The notes under the pieces are model-generated. The model was not told where the DNA came from. It ran no database searches and saw nothing but the letters and a program-made list of their open reading frames with translations. Both the position numbers and the translations under genes were made by a program. From Thelocarpon superellum (Eukaryota): 36,585 nucleotides of DNA. Below, one piece after another: positions 1 through 12,315 of the stretch; positions within the stretch are counted from its first letter, which is position 1, and each line of letters starts with the position of its first letter. The stretch spans positions 1-36,585 of the forward strand of contig JAPEUG010000148.1 of the NCBI GenBank assembly GCA_026025795.1. Reading direction: 5' to 3'.

Positions 1-1215
1 AATTGCTGAACGTCCAGGACGGCGTATACACTGGCGTGACTTTCAATCACAGCACCTAGGGCACGCGCCTGCTCTAAATGCTGGTGGATTGCCTCTGCTA
101 CATCTGGTGCGACATGGGAAGAAGTGGAAGAGCGCCGTGAGTGCAGATGTTGGATCGAAGCGGCTGTCAGTGTCGCTCCGACTGACAACGTCAGTGCTGG
201 CCGGCGCCCCTCCAACTGCCTCCTGACATTTCCACCGCCCCGAGAACGCACTCTAGCTCGCGGCAGAGAAGTGTGGCGGCGGCGGTGGCCTTTCCCACAT
301 TGTAGCTGTGTCCTGCATGGCAATCGAAGCAACTGAGAATGATCTGGCCATGTGCCTCTCGCTCTCGCACCTGCCTCATGAGCTGGTGGAACTGGGCGCT
401 GTCGTGCGGCACGCCCGCACGATGGTAAACCCTGTGAACCCTTGACGAAGACCTTTGCGGCGTATCCGGCGCCTCCAATTGCCATGGATGATCAATTAGC
501 ACACTGATGCTGTCTTTCCCCAGAAGACTGAAAGCCTTGCCAGTCTTTCGACTCGAGAAGGCGGACAGGGGATTCCATAGAGTACCTGTCGCGGATGTAT
601 CAGGCCAGCATATTCCCTCGACGTAGGGATGTGTCTATACGTTTGATTGACTGTCCCTTTCGTGGTTTGAAGCCAGCAGAGGGACTAAGTTCTCCATCTC
701 AACGACGGTTGATGCCACGACTTTGACCGCCTGCAGCGTCTGCCCTATCTATAAACGGGTGACTTGGGTCGTCTACAATAATCGCGTCAGTTCCCGTGCG
801 GCATGCCGGACGTGATAAAGTCCCGGCCTTGTGGACGCATTCAGCAGTGACGGAGAGGGACCCAAAGATCTGTCCTCGCGATTAATTTGTCAGACGAAAA
901 AAGGACGGAGTACACGCGGAAGGATGAACACACGAAATGCATCTCGAAATATCGTAAGCTGGATCGGAAGAGAGGAGAAATCCTGTCATCCAGTGCATCA
1001 TGTAGTGACCACGGAGGCGTAATGTCATAATCTACCTTGTGCGTCTTGACATGTGGTCGAAGCCCAAACCCCAAATCCGTCGCTGCCATTCGCATGCAGT
1101 CACAATTCCTGGCGACCTTCGCTCGAACAATGACCGCAGCGGGCAGAGGAACCATGTCGAGCTTTTGGCCCATTCAACGGGACCGTAGTGCCTCATGCTC
1201 CATTGAGGCAGACAT
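1..1215 (-). pseudogene. DSD1: D-serine dehydratase-like (PLP, alanine-racemase fold) pseudogene; 3' end runs off the window
   Basis: Family motifs occur in order: LRPHVKTHK, VASTVVE, VLYGIP, SVLIDHP, YHRAGV, HAGHSY, TLSVGAT, HASVYAVLDVQQ. Inferred exons 1215-1036, 772-641, 585-<1. In-frame TGA at 1176-1174, in-frame TAG at 751-749, and several frameshifts between about 530 and 190. Confidence 0.85.
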
Positions 1216-1891
1216 ATCAACTCGTGAGAAGAAACTTCCACAAATGCCCGCAATCACTCTGCCCTGTGATGACGAAGTGGTATGCTTCAGTCGCTTTCGT
1301 CCGTGCGACACCCCTCGGCTGCGACCGACCTGCCAGTGTCCCCGGTAGCGGGGCCTAACACATGGAGGGGCCCCAAGAGCGATCTTTCCCCGGACTCGTC
1401 ATGACGCACGTGACCGAGCCGACGCGATGTCAGCCAATCGGCCAAGCCGGATCTCGCATTCCAGGGCATGTGAGAGGTCGGCGGACACCGGAGGCCGGAG
1501 CCGTCAGCGGCGCTCGTTGCCCCAGCCCAGGTGCTAACAGAGCATCTGACCACTCGCCCAGCCCCAAGCATAGCGTACCATAGGTTGCTGAAGTCGTCGC
1601 GGTCGCATGGACTACCATCCCGTCCGAGGCCGAGTGGGCTGTAGGTACTCGCACAGCGTAGTCATCTCGTCAGCAGCCTGGCCTCGCCGTGCCCCTCGGG
1701 CACTCTCTCGAGCATGTGAAAGCCGATCTTACCTGAATCGTGTGCTGCTTCAATGCCGAGGTCCGTGCCTGACTTCTTGCCTCCCTCCTATTATCCTACG
1801 ACCTTGACCAACCTATCCACTTGCCTCTCTCCAGCTCACAACCCTCGATCCACTGTCGTAGCATTGAATCATTTGCTGCATTCTCCTCACC

Positions 1892-3801
1892 ATGTCAAAG
1901 ACCTTCTCCACTGCCGAAGTCGCCTCACATAACAAGGCAGACAGTCTTTGGGTCATCGTCGACGAAGACGTCTACGACCTGAGCAAATTCCAGGATGAGC
2001 ATCCAGGTCAGTATACCGTTGTGCACGCGTGCTGGTCTCCCAAGACTAACCCTACGCAGGCGGCAAGAAGAGTAAGTGACCCTGATGGCAGCGGTCTGGC
2101 CAACATCTAACGACCACGCCCGCAGTCTTGCAACGCGTCGCCGGCAAGGATGCTTCCAAACAATTCTGGAAGTACCACAATGAGGGGATCCTGAAAAAGT
2201 ACAAGGGGCAGCTCCAGCTGGGCTCATTGGATTCCAAGCCCAAGGCAGCCGCTCCGCCCACGCCACCCGCCACGCCTCCCGCGCCCGCCAAGAAAGCTGC
2301 CGCCAAGCCCGCGGCGACGCCCTCGGAGCCATCCGAGGCGATGGACGCCTTTGGTGATCTGGTGCCCTATGCCGATCCTTCGTGGTATCAGACGGTAGGT
2401 TCCTGGCATCTAGCATCGTCGCGCACGGACTAACGTCCTCAGTATCACTCACCCTACTTCAACGAGACCCACGTCGCCCTCCGCGCCGAGGTGCGCGAGT
2501 GGGTCGAGAAAGACATCGAGCCGTTCGTGGGTGAATGGGAGGAGGCGAAGAAGGTCCCAGACAGCATCTACAAGGCCATGGGCGAGCGAGGGTATCTGGC
2601 CGGCTTGATGGGGGTGCACTATCCCACACACCTGACGGCGAACACGGTCCAGAGCGTGGATCCGTCACGGTGGGATCTCTTCCACGAGATGCTGTTGACC
2701 GACGAGCTCTCCCGTAGCGGGAGTGGAGGCTTTGTGTGGAACGTCATCGGCGGCTTCGGCATTGGCTGCCCGCCGGTGATCAAGTTCGGGCAGAAGTCGC
2801 TGGTGGAGCGGATCCTGCCGGGCATCCTGAATGGCGACAAACGCATCTGCTTGGCCATCACCGAGCCTGATGCGGGCAGCGATGTGGCCAACTTGACGTG
2901 CGAGGCCAAGCTGAGCGAGGATGGCAAGCACTACATCGTCAATGGCGAGAAGAAGTGGATCACCAACGGCATCTGGTGCGACTACTTCACCACGGCTGTC
3001 CGCACGGGCGGCGAGGGCATGAACGGCGTCAGTATGCTGTTGATCGAGCGATCCGCGGGTGGGGTGAGCACGCGACGGATGGACTGCCAAGGCGTGTGGA
3101 GCAGCGGGACGACCTATATCACCTTTGAGGACGTCAAGGTGCCCGTGGAGAATCTGATCGGCAAGGCGAATCAAGGATTCAAGGGTACGTGACTCCCGAG
3201 ACGTCACTACGCCTGCCCTTGCCGGTGCTGACAGAGGCCTTAGTGATCATGACGAACTTCAACCACGAGCGCATTGGTATCATCATCCAATGTCTCCGCT
3301 TCTCGCGTGTCTGCTACGAGGAATCGGTCAAATACGCGCACAAGCGCCGCACCTTTGGGCAGAAGCTGATCGACCACCCGGTGATCCGACTCAAGCTGGC
3401 GCACATGGCGCGCCAGATCGAAGCCAGCTACAACTGGCTGGAGAACCTCATCTATCAATGCGAGAAGATGGGCGAGATGGAGGCCATGCTCAAGCTCGGT
3501 GGTGCCATTGCGAGCTTGAAAGCCCAAGCTACCGTCACCTTTGAATTCTGTGCGCGCGAGGCGTCGCAAATCTTTGGCGGCCTCAGCTACTCGCGTGGTG
3601 GACAAGGTGGGAAGGTCGAGCGGCTGTACCGTGACGTGCGGGCGTATGCCATTCCAGGTAGGTCGCTTCCATCTCCGACTCTCCCTTCTTCTCGACCTTG
3701 CTAAGCACCGTCGGTGATTAGGTGGATCAGAGGAGATTATGCTTGACCTGAGCATTCGACAGTCGCTCCGGGTGAACAAGGCCATCGGGATGCGGCTGTA
3801 G
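1892..3801 (+). CDS. Acyl-CoA dehydrogenase with N-terminal cytochrome b5 domain
   Basis: Spliced exons 1892-2006, 2060-2071, 2126-2394, 2443-3184, 3244-3657, 3722-3801, all GT-AG and in frame. b5 motifs VYDLSKF..EHPGG..GKDAS..H. ACAD motifs CLAITEPDAGSDVA, NGEKKWITNG, NFNHER, FGGLSY, IPGGSEEIM. Confidence 0.95.
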
Positions 3802-5689
3802 AGGGGTATCGCAGCACACTCAGAGGCGCAGGGAATCGGTCTGATCGTGCGTTTGGAAGATGTAACGAAACGTCCACTACGTATGTCGCTAGGAAAGACT
3901 AGGCTGTATTAACTCTTTGGTTGCATTGTCTACGCATCTGTTTCCACAACCTCAGTGAATGGGAGAAGATTATGATCAATGGAGCGGACAAAGCGCACGG
4001 GATTCGCAACCAACCCATCTCCGCGTCCACGGGCGCGACCGCGAGAACTCGCCTCGGCGGCCGACACCCGAACATGACTTAGAATTGCTCGAAATCGGAT
4101 GGATGACGGACATGCAACTGATAAAGGACAGTAGTCGGGTTGTACGGCGTCGGCATTCGATGACAGCAGAATTGGTCGAGATGCATTGGCGATCATGGTG
4201 CATGGACCACGGCCTACGACGCGCGTACGAGGACTCCTCCGCCGTTGCTGCGCGCCGCTTGAGCCTCGGTGGATGGTGCTGCGGGCTCGACTCGGCCCCG
4301 ATGAGCTAAGCGTGAACGGAGCGGCAGCTCGCCCGCCCGCCCCGCCACAATGCAAGAACGAAGTGTAGAGTGCGCCGAGGCGACTTGGACCAAGTACCGT
4401 GCCGTCCGGTCCAGCGCTGGAGGGTACGAGTTCTTCGTACAGGGATGCCGCAGACCTGCGCCTGCGCCTGCGTCCGTACGGGTACGCACACTAGGCGAAG
4501 CCCTCCTGCAGAAGGAAAAGAACGAAAGCTCCGGCATGCCATGCACAGAAAGGCGGTGATGGGGTGTGAGTGCACGGAGCCACCCCACCTGGCCCACACC
4601 TCCCCTCTCCCACCTCCCACTCACCTGTCACACCTGCGGATCCCGCCCACCCGTTCGCCGCCACGGACCCCCACCGGCAACGGTTTCCGCGTTGCAGGAC
4701 TGCAGGCCCGCTGGACCGCAGGATTGCCGGACAGCACTCGTCCCCGGTAGACGTCCTCGTACAAGTAGAAAGGCATTCCTTGTGTCACCTCCGCGTCGAC
4801 TCCATCGGCCCCGTCGTTGTGCCCTTGATTTCGTGCGGCTGCATGCGACCGCGTGTACGACGCTCCAAGGTAGGGGAAGTCGTCCTGGAGCCCTTCGCTG
4901 CCCCGGCTCCCTCGATCTGCCTCGTCCCATCCAGCTGACCCCGTGCAGGCGAGCTATCGCGCGGGGCTTGTTACGCACCCCTTGCCTACGGGGCATAGCA
5001 CCCTTCCGCTTTCCCCCCACCCGGCCCTGGAGGATCGTCCGTCGCCATTGTTCGGACGGGGCAGAAGACAGGGAGCGCGAGAACGGCGGCGTTACGTCTG
5101 CTCCCGGCACGACCACCAGCAGGGGAGCCGGGACCCATCAGCACTGGCTTGACAGCTCTCATATGTACGTCTTTTTCATCGTCCATGTCCGCGCCGTGGA
5201 TCGCCGTCCTCGATGACGGCCGGCATTATGCCTGTCCGTCTCTTGTTCTTGATATAAACCTTCCCCCGGGCACGCTGGGTCCGGGGACAACGTCCGCTCA
5301 TGATGAATCGTCCAGGACCCTCGGTTGCGTTGGTCTCGACCTCCACGGCCCCGCCCTTGCCCTCGCTCTCGCCCGCCCACGGCACACGCAAGCCCACGGA
5401 CCAAGCCAAACGGCGCGCCTCGCGCTTCTTCCCCGGCTCCTGGTCATTACTTCGTGCCGCTCGCGCTCGTCCAGGGTCGATCGACGCTCCGGTGCCCCCC
5501 GCGCCCGCGTCTCCCATTCGCGAGCGCCGGCCCTCCGTCCCCATCGTTGTTCGACCGCGACACGTGCCCATCGTTATCCCGCCGCACGCATGCCCCTTTG
5601 GTCCGCTGCCTGATCCCAAGGTTAGCCTCGAATGTGATTTCTCCCGTCTGTACTCTTTTTCCATCGCCTCGTTGCGACAATATCCCGCC

Positions 5690-8470
5690 ATGTCGCGACC
5701 CACCACCAGCGCGAGCCACGCGAGCACGGTGGACTCGGCCACCTCGGCCTCACCCGCCCCACCTTACGGCAGCTTGAGCAGGGACGGCCTTGTCCCACAC
5801 CCCTCGGATCTGGATAGCCATGCCCCCGGGACCAACCGCGGCAACGTCCCGGACGCCGCGCGGGAGCATGACGGCGCTGGTCCGACGCGCGATGCTGCCA
5901 AAGGGCCTGGCCTTTCTTCGCAACCTGCCGCGCCATCGCCGGCGGTCTCGCAGCAGACCCCGTCCGCCGCGGCCACCTCGGCCGCGTCGAACTCCACCGC
6001 CCTTTCGGGCTTGGTGTGCAACGTCCATCGCACCACGGGCAGAGAGCCCCATCCGCTGGTCGGAGCAACGACGACCATTCTGGGGGACAAGCTGTATGTC
6101 TTTGGTGGCCGGGTGCTCTCACGGACGAGGCCTCAATTGACCAACGATCTATTCGAGCTCGATCTCGTGCGACGACACTGGACGCGAATTGACACCCGAG
6201 GCAACATCCCCGCCCCCCGCTACTTCCACAGCGTGTGCGCGCTGGGCGACACGAAGCTCGTGTGTTACGGGGGCATGTCCCCAGCCGCCTCGCTGCCATC
6301 GGGACCCTCCACTGGAGGGAGCACGACACAAGCCCCGGGCAGTGGCCAAGACCAGCCCGAGGTCGTGGTCATGTCGGACATTCACATCTACGACGTCGTC
6401 ACCCGCACGTGGACGTATATCTCGACACATGACACTCCCCAAGGACGATACGCCCACTGTGCCACCATCCTGCCCTCCTCGGCCGTCTTCACCTCGGCCA
6501 CGGCGCACTCGTCGGCCATCCATCACAATCCAGCCTCGAGCACCGGGAATCCCAACCAGGGCTCGATCGGGGTGGCGTTGGACGGCGCCGGCGGCGCGGA
6601 GATGGTCGTGGTCGGCGGCCAGGACAGCGCCAACCATTATATTGAACAGATCAGCGTCTTCAATCTGCGTAGCCTGCGCTGGATCGCGACCGACCCGCTG
6701 GGGAAGAGCTGTGGTGCCTACCGCAGCGTCGTCGCGCCCTTGACCGGCATGTCGGCGTCTCGCATCGGCCGAGGTCCCGGGTCGAAAGGAGGCCCGACGG
6801 ATGGCAAGCGACGCGATGGCGCCGAGGGGCGCGAGGCCGGCTCGTCTTTGCTCATCTATTCCAACTATAACTTCTTGGACGTCAAACTCGAGCTGCAGGT
6901 GCGCCTGCCGGATGGATCGTTATCGGAGAAGCCGATGCGGGGGGATTTCTCCCCGCCGGGCCTCCGATTCCCCAATGGCGGGGTGATCGATCGCCACCTC
7001 GTCATCAGCGGCACGTACCTCACGTCCTCCAAACAGGAGTACGCGTTGTGGGCGTTGGATTTGAATACGCTGACCTGGAGTCGGATCGACGCTGGCGGCA
7101 ATCACTTTAGCCAGGGCAGTTGGAATCGGGGCGTGCTGTGGACCCGACGCAACACCTTTGTCGTGCTCGGCAACCGGAAGCGGAGCTTGGTGGAGGATTA
7201 CAACCATCGGCGGATCAATTTCTCGAATGTGTGCATGGTGGAGCTGGAGGCGTTTGGCATGTACGACAACCCACGGAAGACGACGCCGACGTCTGCCTTC
7301 GTCTCGGCCAGCTCACCGGCTCCCGCGCCGTTGGCGGCGCTGCGCGAGAAGGCTACGTGGCTGAGCAACGGACGACCGCAGTCGGTCGCGGCCGAGGAGC
7401 TGGGCAAGATGATGATGGGGTACCGTGAGCTGGCGGATATGTCGCTCCTCGCCATGGGCGGCGAACGGATCCCGGTCAACTCTCATATCGTTGCGCAGCG
7501 ATGGGGGCCGTACTTTATTCAGATCCTCCGAGAAGGTGCGGCCGGTGGGGACAATGAGGAGGGGGGTGGGCACCGACGTGGCATGGAGAACGGGCCGAGC
7601 CGGAACTCCAGCGTCACCATCACCCCGAGCATTGGCGCCTCATCCACCTCGACTGCCACGGCGACGACGCTTCCCGTCTCTCAGACGAGCAACGGGCGAC
7701 GACCGTCGAACAACGACTTCTTCTCCTCGCCCACGGTGCAGAGTCTCGGGCCCGCGACGCGCCCGCGAACACTATATCTCCCTCATACGCATTCGACGCT
7801 GCAAACATTGGTGCATTATCTGTATACCTCGTCGCTCCCGCCACCTCATCACCCGTTGTGCACCCCTCAGATCTTGTGTTCCCTCCTCCAGATCGCGCGA
7901 CCCTACCAGATCGACGGCCTACTGGAAGCGGTCGTCGAGCGCCTGCACCAAGTCCTAGATGGACGCAACGCGGCGGCAGTCTTCAACGCGGCCGCCATGG
8001 CGGCCGGTGGGGGCCAAAGTACCACCACCGGGACGCGTGGTGCCGGGATCGGTCCGCGACCGCTGCTGCGAGGCGACACCATCAGCGACGACAGTACGGT
8101 GGCGGAAACGTCCCGCTCGTCGCTGACGGCATCGACTCGGCTGCCGGTGCCGAGCACGGCGACGGCATCGGCGCCCAGCGAGGATGAGTCGGACGTGTCC
8201 AGCGTCACGTCGGCGTCTGTCTCGACCAACACGACCGGGTCCGAGGTGGATCTCAGCGATGGCGGTGCCGGCCGAAACGTCGGCGCCGAGCGCGAGATCT
8301 GGGCAGGGGAGCTGAGCTCGGTCGTGGGATTGCAGAAGCGTGGTCTGCGCGGCTTGATGGAGGGTCGTCGCATCCGCGAGCGAGGGAAGAGCGTGGGAGC
8401 GAGCACGACCAGCATTCCCAGTGCGATTGAGAGGAGCCAGGATCGGGTGGGCTTGGGTATTGCTGGATGA
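5690..8470 (+). CDS. ral2: Ral2/Mds3/Pmd1-like Kelch-repeat + BTB-like regulatory protein (intronless)
   Basis: Kelch motifs (LVGATTTILGDKLYVFGG, PAPRYFHS, PQGRYAH, VVVGGQD, PPGLRFP). BTB-like region ADMSLLAMGGERIPVNSHIVAQRWGPYF ... LVHYLYTSSL. ATG 5690 (cccgccATG) chosen as start; the frame is open back to ATG 5300. Confidence 0.85.
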   Translation: MSRPTTSASHASTVDSATSASPAPPYGSLSRDGLVPHPSDLDSHAPGTNRGNVPDAAREHDGAGPTRDAAKGPGLSSQPAAPSPAVSQQTPSAAATSAASNSTALSGLVCNVHRTTGREPHPLVGATTTILGDKLYVFGGRVLSRTRPQLTNDLFELDLVRRHWTRIDTRGNIPAPRYFHSVCALGDTKLVCYGGMSPAASLPSGPSTGGSTTQAPGSGQDQPEVVVMSDIHIYDVVTRTWTYISTHDTPQGRYAHCATILPSSAVFTSATAHSSAIHHNPASSTGNPNQGSIGVALDGAGGAEMVVVGGQDSANHYIEQISVFNLRSLRWIATDPLGKSCGAYRSVVAPLTGMSASRIGRGPGSKGGPTDGKRRDGAEGREAGSSLLIYSNYNFLDVKLELQVRLPDGSLSEKPMRGDFSPPGLRFPNGGVIDRHLVISGTYLTSSKQEYALWALDLNTLTWSRIDAGGNHFSQGSWNRGVLWTRRNTFVVLGNRKRSLVEDYNHRRINFSNVCMVELEAFGMYDNPRKTTPTSAFVSASSPAPAPLAALREKATWLSNGRPQSVAAEELGKMMMGYRELADMSLLAMGGERIPVNSHIVAQRWGPYFIQILREGAAGGDNEEGGGHRRGMENGPSRNSSVTITPSIGASSTSTATATTLPVSQTSNGRRPSNNDFFSSPTVQSLGPATRPRTLYLPHTHSTLQTLVHYLYTSSLPPPHHPLCTPQILCSLLQIARPYQIDGLLEAVVERLHQVLDGRNAAAVFNAAAMAAGGGQSTTTGTRGAGIGPRPLLRGDTISDDSTVAETSRSSLTASTRLPVPSTATASAPSEDESDVSSVTSASVSTNTTGSEVDLSDGGAGRNVGAEREIWAGELSSVVGLQKRGLRGLMEGRRIRERGKSVGASTTSIPSAIERSQDRVGLGIAG

Positions 8471-9819
8471 GAATGAGGGGCAGATGGGGGGTGAGTTGGA
8501 CATGTCGGACGCAGGAGATGAAGGGTTGAGACCCGTTGGATCAGGATATGACGGGGACGGATCAAAGGAGTCGCATCCGCGGTCTCGATCTTGGATCAGG
8601 GAATGGAATTGGGCATATCGACAGCATGTATTGGGGGAACGATATAGATTCTGATGTGCTTCACCAATGGTCCCGGCCCTGTCCAGCGAACCCAAAGAAT
8701 GCTCTCCTAAGTCGCCGTGGTCGGAATGAGTTGGCGTGCAGCTGGACACGGGAAGGATTGTCGATTGCTTTTCATTCATTCGGTGAGTGAATGGATTGGT
8801 CACCACGTCAGCGGTGATGCTGAGGCGGATTACGCGGATTACAGTTTCAACCAACCAAGGCTTAGCTCCAGCAACGTGCCAAATGCCGGAGCGAAACGCT
8901 TACGAGTAGTAACTTACCCCTCCTGCCCTACCTAGCGATTACCCCAGTCTGGGCGGGTGGTCACGCCCCCAGTTGCGAGCAGCTGTAGCCCGGTCTCGCT
9001 TGAGATTTTGGCACCGTCGCATTGGCCCACACATCTCGTCCCGCCACCGTGCCATTCCTCCCCTACGCCCCCGCCACTATCACAGAGAACTATCACTCGC
9101 TAGTAGCAGTATGTATCTTCTGAGCCTTGTCCAGGGGGCGCACTCGTACCTTGGTCCGCGCTCCAAATGCCGGAACGGAAACATGTCCTGGTCCTTGTAC
9201 ATCTTTTCGAGTACCGATAGATGGCTAACCCAACTGGAGGCCGCGGCTGAAAGAAGTGATGCCGAGACACGGCTAGATTGTTCGACGCTCTCAGCATGGC
9301 AAACCCTTGAATCCCCGACCAACGCCATACATCTGTAGAGGGGAGCCGGCGTGTCGGAATGAGACATCTAGCTACAGAACACACGCACGTCAGCCGTGTC
9401 TTTTGCAGACCAGTGTCAAGGGCATTGCCAGGACAGAGATGGATCTCGATCCCCCTCCGTTGTCGACTTTTGTACCTACCTCTACCCGGCGGAGCCGAAA
9501 CGAGCCGTGGTAGAGGACGGAGTAGCTAACGTTCGATGACTTGAACCGACGCCACGATTACTGGATCCTGCCCAGGTGCTGCAAGAGCGGTGCTAATGGA
9601 GACGAGCGACCCTAAGCGCCTTGACACTTGACCGATCTAACCGTGGACTTGCGACGTGTACGAGTACGGCAGGGTGCGCAGAGTTAAGTCGCGGTCCGGC
9701 AGCGACTTCCACATCTTGGGATAGGTGCGAGGACCTAATATAGTGCTATGTTAGCGGTACTCGAACTCGTGCCGTATGATAGCTCTCGGGGCTGCGACAG
9801 GGGACTGGACGACTTCCGT

Positions 9820-9860
9820 GCCCCATGCCCCGTGCCCCGTGCCCCAAGCCCCGAGCCCCG
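9820..9860. repeat. Heptamer minisatellite (nnGCCCC) x6
   Basis: C4 runs start at 9821, 9828, 9835, 9842, 9849 and 9856 (exact 7-bp period). Confidence 0.9.
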
Positions 9861-10313
9861 CATTATGGGACCAAGAGCACTGGCGAGGGCCGCTCGCTTG
9901 CACGGAACATGGACTTGTGACAAGCATGGCATTGGTCTCGACGCCACCGGATTGGACGACAGATCCCGTCCCACACAACCTTACCGTCCTCGTCCCGGCC
10001 GTCCGCCTTGACCCATCGACGAACTCTGGGACGGTACGAGTAATTCGCCGAGAGAGACGGGAAGTCCAGTCGCCTTAACTCGGCCCGGCAAGGATCGTCA
10101 GAGCAATGCACGTCGCTATCTACCCTATTAGGACCAGGGTGTGCATGCTAGATGGATCAAGTCTTGCATGAGCAAGCCCAGGTTCGACATAAGTATGCCG
10201 ACGACCTCGATACGGCCCTTGCTGTCCCTGCCCGTCTGCCTTGACAGCTCAGGTCATCCCAAGCTCGACTGGATCATCCCCTCCATCCGACCCAGAAAGT
10301 CTCCGGCATCAGC

Positions 10314-11875
10314 ATGGACCCACATAACACGCCCGTGTTGCCGCCCCCAGCGGGCGTGACACCGAACTTCGTCGATCCGCCGTCAAAGGCGTACCTCGAA
10401 ACAGCATTCTCCATCTTCTGCCCCGTTCTTGCCGGTGTCTTCGTCATCGCTCGCGTCATCTCGCGGCTATGGATTTCCCGCGCGATCGGGCTGGACGATG
10501 GTCCGTACCACCGCGCGTCTGATGCGACGTCCGCCCACTAACCAATGTGACAGTGATGAGCGTCTTTGCAATGGTCAGTCGCCAGGGGACAGAGAATGGC
10601 CTCACGATTCTGATTCGAACGTCCGCAGGCGATTTCGATTGCCTTTTCCGTTAGCTTGATTGTGCGTACGTATAGCTCGCTGGGCCGTCGTGAAGCCGAG
10701 CCGCTGCTGAGGGTGCTGGACACAGGTGAGCCTACCGGCATCGGCAAACATCTGTGGGATGTCCGGCTCTCGGACTTTGCCCCTCGGTTCGGGCAGGTGA
10801 GTGCTGCCGCTGTCTTTCCCGGCCTGTGTCACGGCTGACGCATCTCCTTCCCGCCAGTGGTTCGTGGCGGCGGCAGTTCTCTACGACGTGTTTCTTTTTG
10901 CCTTCAAGATGGCCATCCTGCTCCTCTACCGGCGCTTGTTCTCCGTCAACAAGCGTTTTATGATCGTCGCCTACACGGTCATGTTCTTTATCTCGAGCTA
11001 CACCTTGGCTGGCCTGTTCGTCATCATCTTCGAATGCTCGCCCTATTGGGTAGGTGGTCGAGGTCACCCGCCGCAGCAAGCACGAGGCTCACCATCTGGC
11101 AGAAAGTGTGGGACCCACAGGTTCCAGGATCATGCCTCAATACCGAAGCCAGCGCCACCACCTTTGCCGTTTTCAACGTGTTGACCGATGTTGCCGTTCT
11201 ACTCATGCCCATGCCCGTGGTGATGAAACTCCAGCTTGAAAGGCGCATACGCTGGGGACTCTTCTTCGTGTTCCTCACCGGTGCTCTGTCAGTCACACTT
11301 CCGCTCTGCTTGTCATCGTCGCCGTCTGACTCTCGTCTAGCGTGGTGGTGGTCAGCATCTCCCGGCTCGTGGCTACCGTCGTCACCTACAGCAATCCTGA
11401 TCTGACCTGGGGGATCGTCACCTGGGATATCGCGTCGTACGCCCCCCCCACCCTTCTTTTCGCTGCCATTCCTGATCCGAGTTCTACCAGTCTCTTCGAG
11501 GGAAACGTCGGTATCATTGTGGGCTGCCTGCCTGTCGTCTTGCCGCTGGTCCAACGTCTCGTGCCATGTCTCATGACTCGTTCGCAGCGTTCGTCGATGA
11601 GGCGCACCACCGCCAAGACCGATCCGTCGAGCCAAGCGAGAAAGTACATTGACAGCGAGGAGCAGTCTGACGGAACATACGTTGAAATGGACAGCAAGCC
11701 GCGCACCACGGTTTCCTCGGGCAAGGAGTCTCGGGGCGCTGCCAAATCGGCCACTCGCACGGAAAATGAGAGCCAAGAGGCTATCATCGACTCCCATCAA
11801 GGAACCGGGATCATGAAGACCGTGGGCATTGACCTGCAACAGGAGAAAGTGGGCGATGACTATCGTCAGCGATGA
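10314..11875 (+). CDS. PTH11-like / fungal rhodopsin-domain integral membrane protein (no CFEM)
   Basis: Exons 10314-10500, 10554-10573, 10629-10665, 10726-10796, 10858-11049, 11103-11287, 11341-11436, 11491-11875. Motifs PPPAGVTPNFVDP, GLDD, GIGKHLWDV, KMAILLLYRRLF, NVLTDVAVLLMPMP, EGNVGIIVGCLP; about 7 hydrophobic segments. Confidence 0.9.
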
Positions 11876-12315
11876 AGGGCCTCGTCAGACTTTGCGGTAC
11901 CTCTGGAAGCTGATTTTGTCTGATTCATAGGCCATGGGTTGGTAACAGGCCATTGATGACGTTTCGGCGTTGTGTCATGAAATATATCCCAGGACGTGGT
12001 TTCTGCTCCGCTCTGCACAGTATACGATGGTCGCGCAATGTACGATACCCAACCGCAGTGCGTTGGCGTCTCCAGTGGGATATGTAGGTTGATTGAATGA
12101 CTTGCGAGGTGGAGATGATCAAGCCTGACAAATCTGATGGAGTAAGCCGTACATCGACGAGAGACTCGACCTCAGATCGCTATGTGATCACGACGCAGGC
12201 AAGCGTAAGGTGGATCCCTGGAGCAGTGAGAACCTACAGGGCCAGCGGGGCCGGACGCGATCGACATGGTGCACGCCGTCTGGCCTCGGTCCGGAGTCCA
12301 TCCTCTCGACCCTAG

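Noticed and set aside
749..1176. In-frame TGA/TAG as targets of A-to-I stop-correction editing or readthrough
   Set aside because: The same gene has multiple frameshifts, and the TAG replaces an expected Gln rather than Trp; ordinary decay is simpler.
3802..5299. Many overlapping 70-216 aa ORFs and degenerate 8-mer/6-mer repeats (4694-4733, about 4455-4472)
   Set aside because: Expected in GC-rich intergenic DNA; no motifs; repeats are short and degenerate.
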